63,527 nt of DNA, taken from contig JAGVWA010000005.1 of the NCBI GenBank assembly GCA_018304505.1, forward strand, positions 1 through 63,527, given 5' to 3'. Origin of the DNA: Nanobdellati archaeon (GTDB taxonomy: Archaea; B1Sed10-29; JAGVWA01). The notes beneath the pieces were generated by a model, which was given only the letters and a program-made list of their open reading frames with translations, did no database searches and had not been told where the DNA came from. Below are positions 8,757 through 17,994 of the stretch, piece by piece. A program made the position numbers and the translations under genes. Each line of letters opens with the position of its first letter. Positions within the stretch are counted from its first letter, which is position 1.

Positions 8757-9178
8757 TGGCAAAACAAACAGTAGTACAAACCAGCGGAAAAAAGAAAACC
8801 GCCGTGGCAAGACTAACATTGAAACCAGGAGTCGGCGACATAAAAATCAACGGCGTCCCATTGCAGCAACTTACGCCAAAAGCTGCACAGACAATCATCA
8901 ACGAACCGATAGTCATAGCCAAAGACATCCTAGGAGAAGACTTTGCAAAACAAATCGACGTGCAAATCAACACCAACGGCGGCGGAACAATGGGCCAGTC
9001 ATTCGCAGCGAGAACCGCCCTGGGAGCCGCACTCACAGAATATTCACAAAACGACGACTTAAAAAAGACATACAACGCCTACGACAGGACACTGCTGCAC
9101 AGCGACACAAGGGTCAAGGAATCAAAGAAATTCCTAAGAAAAGGCGCAAGAGCAAAACCAACCAAGTCATACCGATGA
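8756..9178 (+). CDS. rps9: 30S ribosomal protein uS9
   Basis: SGKKKTAVAR, GGGTMGQ, GARAKPTKSYR. Confidence 0.96.
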   Translation: MAKQTVVQTSGKKKTAVARLTLKPGVGDIKINGVPLQQLTPKAAQTIINEPIVIAKDILGEDFAKQIDVQINTNGGGTMGQSFAARTALGAALTEYSQNDDLKKTYNAYDRTLLHSDTRVKESKKFLRKGARAKPTKSYR

Positions 9179-9200
9179 TTAAAAAAGGTGATACTGAAAA

Positions 9201-9401
9201 ATGATGATACCAATAAGGTGTTTTTCATGTGGCAAACCCGTTGGTCACTTATGGGAAGACTACGAAAAGGAAACCAAGAAAGGCACGAAAACCGACACCA
9301 TTTTCAAAAAAATGGGCCTTGACAGATACTGCTGCAGAAGAATGCTGCTCTCACACAGAGACTATATTGACCAAGTGATTGCATACGATGTAAAATCATA
9401 A
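9201..9401 (+). CDS. rpoN: RNA polymerase subunit N (Rpo10)
   Basis: MMIPIRCFSCGK...RYCCRRMLLSH. Confidence 0.97.
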   Translation: MMIPIRCFSCGKPVGHLWEDYEKETKKGTKTDTIFKKMGLDRYCCRRMLLSHRDYIDQVIAYDVKS

Positions 9402-9417
9402 GCAAGCGCGAGGGAAC

Positions 9418-9525
9418 GGGGCCATAGGGTAGACTGGTCCATCCCTCCAGCTCGGGGCGTGCTTTCTTCGCAAGGGGATTGCTCAGGAAGAGCTGGCAAC
9501 CCGAGTTCAAATCTCGGTGGCCCCA
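9418..9525 (+). tRNA. tRNA-Pro with a 33-nt intron (9458..9490); anticodon most simply GGG
   Basis: GGGGCCA/TGGCCCC acceptor stem, Pro-type D arm, CCAGC/GCTGG anticodon stem interrupted at 37/38, CCGAG-TTCAAAT-CTCGG T arm; usual position after rpoN. Confidence 0.88.
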
Positions 9526-9541
9526 GTATTGGTGGTAAATT

Positions 9542-10723
9542 TTGGAATACAAAATCAAACTTGAAACAATCAAGAACTCGAAAAACCAAGACACGATAAA
9601 GGCAACCTTCTACAGAAAAAAATCCAGGGCATGGGCTGCCGCGCCATCAGGAACCAGCGCCGGAAAACACGAAGCCGTGTCAATGCCAAAACCGCCGCAT
9701 TCACTTATAAAAAACGCCAACCGGCACCTCCACACCCTGGAAGGCATTGAATCTCAACAGGAATTCGACAGCACCTTAAGGCGGATTGACGGCACAAACA
9801 ACTTCTCCAACCTAGGCGCCTCGGTTTCCATTGCACTGTCACTGGCCTACGCCAAATTCAGTTCAGCGATAAAAAACAAAGAGCTGTTCCAAACCAGCAA
9901 GCGCCCAAGAATTCCGTGGCAACTGGGCCTGCTCATCGCCGGCGGAACTCATGGAAAACAAAGCATTGACATCCAGGAAATCCTCGCACTCCCAAAAACA
10001 AAAGACCCTATAGACTCCATACAGGCAAACCAACAACTATATGCAATCACACAACAGGCGATCAAAAAACGCGTGCCAGGATACAAACCCAGGCTCGACC
10101 TGGAAGGCGGGTACCTCGTAAACACGACAAACGAAAACGCCCTAGAGATTGCGCAGGAAGCGATCGACAAGTACATGGAAAACCACAACACTAAGATCCA
10201 CTTGGGCGTAGACGTGGCCGCAAGCGAACTGTGGAACGAGCGCACAAAAAAATACAAATATGCACACCAAAGCCTCACAACAATAGAACAGCTGCAATAC
10301 ATCCATGACCTGCAAAAGCAGCACAAGCTGTACTACATCGAAGACCCATTCAATGAAGAGGACTTCACAACGCATGCCAAGCTGACGAAAAGCATAGGCG
10401 CAAAGGCCATGGTGTGCGGAGACGACTTAACAACAACAAACACCGAAAGATTAAAAAAGGCCATAAAAGCAAAATCAATAAACGCAATCATAATCAAGCC
10501 AAACCAAATCGGCACGGTAACGCAGGCCCACGAGGCTGTTGAACTTGCCAAGAAACACAAAATCACGCCAGTGATGAGCCACAGGAGCGGAGAAACACGA
10601 GACCCGATAATTGCGCAGCTCTGCGTGGCGTGGGACATCCCAATAATCAAAATCAGCAACAAAGGCCCGACAAGGGAAGCAAAGCTGAACGAACTAAATC
10701 ACATAGCGAAAAAAATTAAATAA
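9542..10723 (+). CDS. eno: Enolase (divergent)
   Basis: APSGTSAGKHEA, GVDVAASE, IEDPF, GDDL, IKPNQIGT, SHRSGET. Confidence 0.9.
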   Translation: MEYKIKLETIKNSKNQDTIKATFYRKKSRAWAAAPSGTSAGKHEAVSMPKPPHSLIKNANRHLHTLEGIESQQEFDSTLRRIDGTNNFSNLGASVSIALSLAYAKFSSAIKNKELFQTSKRPRIPWQLGLLIAGGTHGKQSIDIQEILALPKTKDPIDSIQANQQLYAITQQAIKKRVPGYKPRLDLEGGYLVNTTNENALEIAQEAIDKYMENHNTKIHLGVDVAASELWNERTKKYKYAHQSLTTIEQLQYIHDLQKQHKLYYIEDPFNEEDFTTHAKLTKSIGAKAMVCGDDLTTTNTERLKKAIKAKSINAIIIKPNQIGTVTQAHEAVELAKKHKITPVMSHRSGETRDPIIAQLCVAWDIPIIKISNKGPTREAKLNELNHIAKKIK

Positions 10724-10767
10724 CCCCATTAAATTTTCTTGGGGGGTAAAAACAGGTGACATAAGAC

Positions 10768-11676
10768 ATGGACGAAAAGACGACAGAGGAGAAAACAGAA
10801 ACAACGAAGACAGAAGTAAAGAAAACTGAAACGAAGAAAAACAAAAAAACAGAAACATCAGATGCAAAGAAAAAAGAACCGGAAGAAACAACAGAAGATG
10901 CCCCTGAGACTGAAGAAGCCAAACCAAAAAGGCACATTGAAACAAGAGAAAGAGAAGCCTCTCAGAGCACAGGAACCAAACTAGTGCCACTGGAGAAATA
11001 CTTAGAAGCAGGCGCACACATCGGATCCAGATTCAGAAGCGGCCACATGAAACGCTTTATCTACAAGTACAGGCCTGATGGCCTCTGCATCCTAGACACA
11101 AACCAGTTGGATGAAAGAATCAATGTTGCAGCACAATTTCTGAGCAAATTCGAACCGCAGGAAATACTAATTGTAGCAGGAAGAATCTACGCGCAAAAAC
11201 CGGCGAAGATGCTCGCGGAAACGATAGGCGCAAAGTACATAATCAAGAGGTTCACCCCCGGCACGCTCACAAATCCCGGGAATGAAAACTTCATAGAGCC
11301 AAAAGTGCTGCTCGTCGCAGACGCGCCAATAGACCGGCAGGCCATCAAGGAAGCAACCCACGCACGCGTACCAGTAATCGCACTCTGCGACACCTCAAAC
11401 CTGCTCACAAACATTGACTTGGCAATGCCCAGCAACAACAAGGGCAAGAAAGCAATTGCACTGATATACTGGCTGCTCGCAAGGGAGTACCTGAAAAACA
11501 GGGGCCTAATAAAGAGCGACGCTGACTTCACGACAACGCCAGACGACTTCGAATCAAAAACAGAAATGAAAGAAAAGAAAGAGCCTGCAGGTGGAAGATT
11601 CGCCAGCTTCCGAGGACGTGGAAGACCAGGCCCTAGCAGGGGGCCTCAGCGTAGCGGGCCGAGGCAGGCATACTAA
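10768..11676 (+). CDS. rps2: 30S ribosomal protein uS2 with charged N-terminal extension and RG-rich tail
   Basis: YLEAGAHIG, RFTPGTLTNP, QAIKEA, PSNNKGKKAIALIYWLLARE. Confidence 0.96.
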   Translation: MDEKTTEEKTETTKTEVKKTETKKNKKTETSDAKKKEPEETTEDAPETEEAKPKRHIETREREASQSTGTKLVPLEKYLEAGAHIGSRFRSGHMKRFIYKYRPDGLCILDTNQLDERINVAAQFLSKFEPQEILIVAGRIYAQKPAKMLAETIGAKYIIKRFTPGTLTNPGNENFIEPKVLLVADAPIDRQAIKEATHARVPVIALCDTSNLLTNIDLAMPSNNKGKKAIALIYWLLAREYLKNRGLIKSDADFTTTPDDFESKTEMKEKKEPAGGRFASFRGRGRPGPSRGPQRSGPRQAY

Positions 11677-11737
11677 CCCCAAAGGCCCCGCCCTTCATTT
11701 ACCAACGTATAAATAGCCCAATCATCCAAAAGAGAAC

Positions 11738-12769
11738 ATGGCACAGCAATCCACTGGGCTAGACCCAATAGAGATCGTCCTGAATGAAAAGGTAGAAACA
11801 GACGAAACGTGGCTGGATCAGGTAGACTTAGTGCACAACGCCATACCTGAAATAAACTACCAGCACATCAGGACAAGCACTAACTTTCTTGGCAAGCACC
11901 TCGACCTGCCGCTAATGATTTCAGCTGTTACTGGAGGCATTAGGAATTCTCAGGCAATCCACCAGGATCTGGCAGAGGTCGCAGAAAAAAAGGGCATCGC
12001 CTACGGCCTGGGTTCACAAAGAACAATGATTGAATCAGTTGAGGACAAACACAACTTTGACGTGCGCCACAAGGCTCCAAAGACAATGGTGCTTGGAAAC
12101 CTAGGGCTGCTACAGATAAAGAAGCACACCATAGAAGACATCAAAAAGGCCATTGAGCCCCTGAAACTCGACGGCCTCTGCATTCACTTAAATCCGGCAC
12201 ATGAAATAATCAGAAACAAGGGCAACACCGATTTCTCCGATTCCCTAAGAACGCTAGACGGCTTCATCAAGCGAATCGGAATCCCTGTAATTGTTAAGGA
12301 AGTCGGCAACGGCATAAACAAGGACGTGGCATACAAGCTCAGGAAAATCGGCGCCAAGGGCATCGATGTTGGGGGCAAGGGTGGAACAAGCTGGACCATC
12401 ATAAACCGGCTCATGAAAAACGATAAAAAAGCATCTATATTCGACTCATGGGGCATACCAACAGCCGCCTCAATCCTAGAAGTCAAAAAGGAAAAACTCC
12501 CGGTTATTGCGACAGGCGGAATCCGCACCGGCCTTGACGTGGCAAAAGCAATAGCCCTCGGCGCAGACATCTGTGGAATCGCACTACCGATACTGAAAAT
12601 ATACAAGCGCAGGGGCAAAACCGGCGTTGAAGAATACCTAGACAGAATCGAAGAAGAACTCAAACAGGTCATGTTCCTCACAGGGTCAAGGTCAATAAAC
12701 GACTTGCGCAACACCGATTACATACTCTATGGAAAACTCAGGGAATGGCAAATACAGCGAGGCTTATAG
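11738..12769 (+). CDS. fni: Type 2 (FMN-dependent) IPP isomerase homolog
   Basis: MISAVTGG, GSQR, IHLN, KEVGNG, GGKGGTSW, ATGGIR; N-terminal RKxxH motif missing. Confidence 0.85.
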   Translation: MAQQSTGLDPIEIVLNEKVETDETWLDQVDLVHNAIPEINYQHIRTSTNFLGKHLDLPLMISAVTGGIRNSQAIHQDLAEVAEKKGIAYGLGSQRTMIESVEDKHNFDVRHKAPKTMVLGNLGLLQIKKHTIEDIKKAIEPLKLDGLCIHLNPAHEIIRNKGNTDFSDSLRTLDGFIKRIGIPVIVKEVGNGINKDVAYKLRKIGAKGIDVGGKGGTSWTIINRLMKNDKKASIFDSWGIPTAASILEVKKEKLPVIATGGIRTGLDVAKAIALGADICGIALPILKIYKRRGKTGVEEYLDRIEEELKQVMFLTGSRSINDLRNTDYILYGKLREWQIQRGL

Positions 12770-12771
12770 GC

Positions 12772-13983
12772 ATGACAAACTACAAACCCACAATTCTAAA
12801 GCACGCGCTAAAGAACGCAGTAGAGCATGATGGGAAAGCACAGCAGGGAGCTGTAATAAACAAGGTCATCGGCGAGCACCCTGAGGCAAAAAGCGACATG
12901 GCGAACCTCGGAAAACAAACAGCAGAGGTCGTGAACGAAATCAATGCAATGACACAAGATCATCAGAAAGCCGAGTTACTGAGCCTGTGGCCCAACGCGC
13001 TGGAGAAGAAACCCGAACCAGAAAGGCAACTAAAGCCCCTGCCAGGGAACACAAGCCACGTCGTGGTGAGGTTCGCGCCAAACCCAAACGGGCCGCTGAC
13101 ACTTGGTGGCTCGCGCGTGCTGATTCTGAATGATGAGTACGCAAAGAAATACAACGGCACACTTCATTTAAGATTCGACGACACAGACCCACAGAACAAA
13201 AAACCACTGCCTGAAGCCTATACCTGGATACAGGAAGAAGCAAAATGGCTCGGCTGCAACGTTTCAAAAGTATACATTGCGTCAGACCACATGGAAGACT
13301 ACTACAAGATAGCCGAGCAGCTGCTCGAAAAAGGCGACATGTACATATGCACATGCCCCGCAGAAGAATTCAGCGAATTGAAAAACAACGGCAAGGCGTG
13401 CCCCTGTAGGCCTAATTCGATAGCCGCCAACAAGGCGCTTTGGAAACAAATGCACTCAGGCGAGGCTAAAAAGGGCGCGGCGGTGGCGAGGATAAAGACA
13501 GACATAAAGCTGAAAAACAACGCACTGCGCGACTGGCCAGCGTTCAGGATCGCGACAGAGCCGCACCCGCGCACGGGAACTAAGTACCGCGTGTGGCCAA
13601 TGCTTGATTTTGCAGGCGCAGTGCTCGACAAAATGAACGGGATTACACACATCATCAGGGGCAAGGACTTAATGAGCAGCACAGACCGGCAGACTATAAT
13701 GTACAAAATGCTTGGCTGGGCGTATCCTGAAACCATGTACGTCGGCCGCGTGGCGATTCACGAGTTCGGCAGGCTCAGTACAAGCGAAATCAAGCAGGGC
13801 ATTGCTGACGGCCGATTTACAGGCTGGGACGATCCCCGGCTGCCAACGCTGCAAGCACTCATCAAAGCTGGAGAAATAAAACCAGAAGCCCTAAGGGAAT
13901 TCTGGCTCGAATTCGGCATCAGCGAACGCGACATAAGTGCAGACCTGCAGATCCTGGAATCGATAAACAGGAAGCTGACCTAA
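12772..13983 (+). CDS. gltX: Glutamyl-tRNA synthetase, archaeal type, catalytic core only (about 403 aa)
   Basis: VRFAPNPNGPLTLG, RFDDTDP, CxC zinc region, VWPMLDF, THIIRGKD, LSTS, GWDDPRLPTL; stops after INRKLT. Confidence 0.9.
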   Translation: MTNYKPTILKHALKNAVEHDGKAQQGAVINKVIGEHPEAKSDMANLGKQTAEVVNEINAMTQDHQKAELLSLWPNALEKKPEPERQLKPLPGNTSHVVVRFAPNPNGPLTLGGSRVLILNDEYAKKYNGTLHLRFDDTDPQNKKPLPEAYTWIQEEAKWLGCNVSKVYIASDHMEDYYKIAEQLLEKGDMYICTCPAEEFSELKNNGKACPCRPNSIAANKALWKQMHSGEAKKGAAVARIKTDIKLKNNALRDWPAFRIATEPHPRTGTKYRVWPMLDFAGAVLDKMNGITHIIRGKDLMSSTDRQTIMYKMLGWAYPETMYVGRVAIHEFGRLSTSEIKQGIADGRFTGWDDPRLPTLQALIKAGEIKPEALREFWLEFGISERDISADLQILESINRKLT

Positions 13984-14156
13984 ATACCATCAAGCTTGTT
14001 GAGTAATTCCCCAACTTCACGATATGCAGCCGTGTCAACGGGGTTTCCCCAAAGGATCTCAAGATGTGTTCGCTGGACCTGATCCTGTAAAGCCCCCCGG
14101 ACATCTTCCGCAACGCGTTTTGCCTCCGTAAACTGCTGTTTATTCCCGTTCCACAC
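13980..14156 (-). CDS. Small orphan protein, Met-Trp-start family (MW-7)
   Basis: GTG-TGG start after GGGGGTGA SD; 58 aa MWNGNKQ...; stop overlaps the gltX stop. Confidence 0.62.
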   Translation of the reverse strand: MWNGNKQQFTEAKRVAEDVRGALQDQVQRTHLEILWGNPVDTAAYREVGELLNKLDGI

Positions 14157-14333
14157 AAATGTCACCCCCAAAAACATTAGGCAGCGCATCTATAAAAAAC
14201 TGGCGCATGTGTTGGAACAAAAGCTTTAAATACCCCAAAAAATGCAATAAAACAGACTAATTTTCACGAAATCCGATGAAATTAGCGAGCTCTCGTAACG
14301 GGGGCAGTGACCATAATTAAGGAGGAATCAAGA

Positions 14334-14678
14334 ATGGCAGAAGGATTAGCTGAACAAGCATTTCAAGCTATTGAAAAAGCGCGGGATTCAGGCAAAATCA
14401 AACGCGGGGTCAACGAGGCAACCAAGGCCCTTGAACGCGGAACGGCAAAACTGATAGTGGTCGCAGATGACACACAACCGCCGGAAATCATTGCACACTT
14501 GCCCCTGCTCAGCAAGGAAAAAAACACACCTTTCGTTAACGTGCCTACAAAAAAGGAACTCGGCAGCGCAGCAGGCATCGGCGTGCCCACAAGTGCAGTC
14601 GCAATAATTGACGAAGGGCAGGCAAAAGACCTGATCAAGGAAATCGCGAGCAAACAAGGCGAAAAAGAAAAGGCATAA
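14334..14678 (+). CDS. rpl7ae: 50S ribosomal protein eL8 (L7Ae)
   Basis: GKIKRGVNEATKALERG, ELGSAAGIGV. Confidence 0.97.
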   Translation: MAEGLAEQAFQAIEKARDSGKIKRGVNEATKALERGTAKLIVVADDTQPPEIIAHLPLLSKEKNTPFVNVPTKKELGSAAGIGVPTSAVAIIDEGQAKDLIKEIASKQGEKEKA

Positions 14679-14691
14679 ATCGTGATAATAA

Positions 14692-14997
14692 ATGGCAAAG
14701 AAGCAGGATACACCGAAGGCACCGCAGAAGGAACAGCAAAAACAAAAATATCAGCCAACAGAACGGCAAAGCGCTCCAAGGGACGAAGGGCGCGCTGACG
14801 CAGTTCAGGCGCAGGTAATGGAAATAATAGGCAAAACCGGCGTCAGGGGAGAGATAATGCAAGTCTTGGCCAAGGTGCTAGAGGGCAAGGACAGGGGCCG
14901 AATTATGAGACGAAACGTAAAAGGACCAATAAAATCAAACGACATCCTCCTCCTTCGAGACACGGAAACCGAAGCCAAGCCAATCAGAGGACGCTAA
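14692..14997 (+). CDS. rps28e: 30S ribosomal protein eS28 with N-terminal extension
   Basis: IIGKTGVRGEIMQV, RNVKGPI, LRDTETEA. Confidence 0.95.
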   Translation: MAKKQDTPKAPQKEQQKQKYQPTERQSAPRDEGRADAVQAQVMEIIGKTGVRGEIMQVLAKVLEGKDRGRIMRRNVKGPIKSNDILLLRDTETEAKPIRGR

Positions 14998-15012
14998 ACA
15001 AAGTGATGACCA

Positions 15013-15183
15013 ATGAAATGTTCATTCTGCAAAACAGAGATCCCCCCTGGAACGGGAAAGATATACTCAAGCAAAGCTGAAAAGCGCATGCACTTCTGCT
15101 CTGGAAAATGCGAAAAGAGCCACAACATGGGCCGAAACCCCCGGAAACTCAAGTGGATCACAAAGAACCCAAAGACAAAATAA
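15013..15183 (+). CDS. rpl24e: 50S ribosomal protein eL24 (56 aa, below ORF-track cutoff)
   Basis: Hand translation MKCSFCKTEIPPGTGKIY...HFCSGKCEK...RNPRKLKWIT. Confidence 0.95.
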   Translation: MKCSFCKTEIPPGTGKIYSSKAEKRMHFCSGKCEKSHNMGRNPRKLKWITKNPKTK

Positions 15184-15211
15184 ATGACAATCAAATGTAA
15201 ATGATGATCAA

Positions 15212-15682
15212 ATGGCCATGGAACGAACCATCATAATCTTAAAACCAGATGCCGTAACGCGACAGGTCTGCGGCGAAATAATAGCAAGGTTCGAGAAACG
15301 CGGCCTCAAAATCGCCGGGCTCAAAATGCTAAAGCTCACCGACGAGACATTGAACATACATTACGCACACCATGTAACCAAACCGTTCTTTCCCAGATTG
15401 AGTAAATTCATGAAAAGCGCACCCGTAATCGCAGTCGTGCTAGAGGGCAACGACTCTGTCAACCAGGTCAGAAAGATGTGCGGAGCAACATACCCCCTAG
15501 AAGCAGCGGTAGGAACCATACGCGGCGACTACGGCATGAGCATGAACAACCTCATTCACGCTTCAGATTCAACAGAAGCAGCAGAAGCTGAAATCAAACG
15601 GTTCTTCAAACCAGAAGAACTCTTCAACTACACCGCAGCAAATTATGAGTGGGTGTACGCAGAAGAAGAACGAAAAGCCTAA
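15212..15682 (+). CDS. ndk: Nucleoside diphosphate kinase
   Basis: ERTIIILKPDAV, GTIRGDYG, NLIHASDS. Confidence 0.97.
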   Translation: MAMERTIIILKPDAVTRQVCGEIIARFEKRGLKIAGLKMLKLTDETLNIHYAHHVTKPFFPRLSKFMKSAPVIAVVLEGNDSVNQVRKMCGATYPLEAAVGTIRGDYGMSMNNLIHASDSTEAAEAEIKRFFKPEELFNYTAANYEWVYAEEERKA

Positions 15683-15814
15683 AAAGCAATCGAAAATAGT
15701 CCTCGGGCCTCCTAAAATCGGAGTAAGCACGCCCCAAATTAGGTGCGCGACAACTGAGGCAGCAACACAGGGACTATTTTTCAAACGAAGCCAAAACAGA
15801 AACGGGCGATAAGA

Positions 15815-17557
15815 ATGACGACACGATCACCAATAATCTCAGTACTAGGTCACGTAGACCATGGCAAAACCACAGTACTTGATCACCTGCGTGGCTCAGG
15901 CATCGCAGCAAAGGAAGCAGGCCTAATAACGCAACACGTCGGCGCGAGCTTCATGCCCAAAGAAGTCATAGAGCAAAAAGCCGGAACCCTCTTGAAGAAG
16001 TACGGCTTCACACTCGAAATACCAGGGCTGCTGTTCATAGACACGCCGGGGCACGAAGCCTTCATCACACTAAGAAAACGAGGGGGATCAATAGCCGACC
16101 TCGCGATACTGGTAATCGACATAAACCAAGGCATACAGCCCCAAACCATTGAGAGCATCGAAATCCTCAAGAGCTACAAAACGCCGTTCATCATTGCCGC
16201 AAACAAAATCGACAAAATCCACGGCTGGCAAACACAAAAAAACGCAGCGTTCACAGACACGATCAAAAAACAAAGTGCTCAGGTGCAACAGATGCTCGAG
16301 GAAAAGGTATACGAAATCGTTGCAAAGCTCGGCGCACTCGGATTCAATTCAGAGCGCTTCGACCGGGTAAAGAGCCTCACAAACGAAATCCTCATAGTGC
16401 CGATAAGCGCAAAAACCGGCGAAGGCTTTCCGGAACTCACGATGTTCATTACGGGCCTGTCGCAGAAATTCATGCTACAAAAACTAAACATCCACATCAA
16501 CAAGCCAGCAAAAGGAACGGTGCTCGAGGTAAAGGAACTTCAAGGCCTTGGAAAAACAATTGACGCGATAATATACGAGGGCACGATAAAGCAGGGCGAC
16601 AAAATCGCTGTAATGAACGACGACTACGAAGTCCTGATAACAAAAGTACGCGCGCTCCTTGAACCTGCACCCCTGGAAGAGATCAGGGACACATCAAAAA
16701 AATTCAAAAGCGTGCCACGGGTCATCGCAGCTGCAGGCCTAAAAATCAGCGCCCCAAACCTCGAAAAAGTACTAAGCGGGTCGCCGCTACAGGTAGTCGA
16801 GGATGAAGAGGAAGCCATACACGACCTGACAAGGGAAATCGAGGAAATCAAGATAAAAACCGACCGCGAGGGGGCTATAATAAAAGCCGACGCGCTCGGG
16901 TCACTCGAAGCCCTAGTCACCATACTACGGGCAAAGAACCTCGAAATAAAGCGGGCAGATATTGGCCCAGTAACAAAGCAGGACGTGTTCGAGGCCGAGG
17001 CTATAAAAAAACAGAACCGATACCTTGGCGTAATATTCGCCTTTAACGTCAAAACACCGGAAGACATAAAAACAGAGGCAAAGAACAAGAATATACCCCT
17101 CTTCGAGTCAAACGTCATATACCACCTCGAGGAGAGTTATGAAAAGTGGGCAGAGCAAGAAAGAGACACAGAGAAACAGGAACAACTCCAGCACTACATC
17201 TTTCCAGCTGAACTCCGAGTGATTCCCGGTTTCATATTCAGGGCAACAAAACCGGCAGTGGTCGGCGTTGAAGTCAAAAGAGGCATAATCAAATCCAAGT
17301 ACCCCCTAATGAATGAAGAAGGAAAAGAGGTCGGGGTAATCCAGAGCATCCAGGAAAAAAGCAGATCAATAGACAAGGCCGAAGCAGGACAGCAAGTCGC
17401 GATATCGATACAAGGCGCCACTGTAGGGCGCAACCTGTTCGAGAGTGACATCCTTTACACGGCCATCCCGCTAAACCAAATATACGAACTACTAGGCAAA
17501 ATAAACGAAAAAGAGCTACTGATGACAATCAGGCAAATCAAGGAGGGTAACCGATGA
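15815..17557 (+). CDS. infB: Translation initiation factor aIF5B (IF-2)
   Basis: RSPIISVLGHVDHGKTT, DTPGHEAF, NKID, KADALGSLEAL. Confidence 0.97.
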   Translation: MTTRSPIISVLGHVDHGKTTVLDHLRGSGIAAKEAGLITQHVGASFMPKEVIEQKAGTLLKKYGFTLEIPGLLFIDTPGHEAFITLRKRGGSIADLAILVIDINQGIQPQTIESIEILKSYKTPFIIAANKIDKIHGWQTQKNAAFTDTIKKQSAQVQQMLEEKVYEIVAKLGALGFNSERFDRVKSLTNEILIVPISAKTGEGFPELTMFITGLSQKFMLQKLNIHINKPAKGTVLEVKELQGLGKTIDAIIYEGTIKQGDKIAVMNDDYEVLITKVRALLEPAPLEEIRDTSKKFKSVPRVIAAAGLKISAPNLEKVLSGSPLQVVEDEEEAIHDLTREIEEIKIKTDREGAIIKADALGSLEALVTILRAKNLEIKRADIGPVTKQDVFEAEAIKKQNRYLGVIFAFNVKTPEDIKTEAKNKNIPLFESNVIYHLEESYEKWAEQERDTEKQEQLQHYIFPAELRVIPGFIFRATKPAVVGVEVKRGIIKSKYPLMNEEGKEVGVIQSIQEKSRSIDKAEAGQQVAISIQGATVGRNLFESDILYTAIPLNQIYELLGKINEKELLMTIRQIKEGNR

Positions 17558-17991
17558 AACTAGTAATCTCAACCCCAAAAGACGGAAAAAGTTACCAAAT
17601 CGAGATAGACAATCAAAAGGCAAGGCCCTTACTAGGCACGAAAATTGGTAACGAGGTAGAAGGCAGCCCCCTCGGCTTAACCGGTTACACACTACAGGTA
17701 ACTGGAGGCACAGACAAAGACGGATTCCCAATGAGAAAAGACCTACACGGAACCGAACGAAAGCGCCTCCTGCTAACAAAAGGAACCGGCCTCAAAAAAG
17801 CAAAACATGGAGAACGCAGAAAGAAAACAATAAGAGGAAACATCATAGCAGAGGACCTAGCACAAATAAACCTAAAGGTGCTACAGGCAGGCCAGAAAGA
17901 AATACCCGAACTACTAGGGTTGACACCAGCAGAAGAAGCAAAACCAGAACAGGCAGAAACAAAGACCCAAGAAACGCAAGCAGGAGCATAA
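17554..17991 (+). CDS. rps6e: 30S ribosomal protein eS6
   Basis: LQVTGGTDKDGFPMR, GERRKKTIRGN. Confidence 0.96.
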   Translation: MKLVISTPKDGKSYQIEIDNQKARPLLGTKIGNEVEGSPLGLTGYTLQVTGGTDKDGFPMRKDLHGTERKRLLLTKGTGLKKAKHGERRKKTIRGNIIAEDLAQINLKVLQAGQKEIPELLGLTPAEEAKPEQAETKTQETQAGA

Positions 17992-17994
17992 ATA

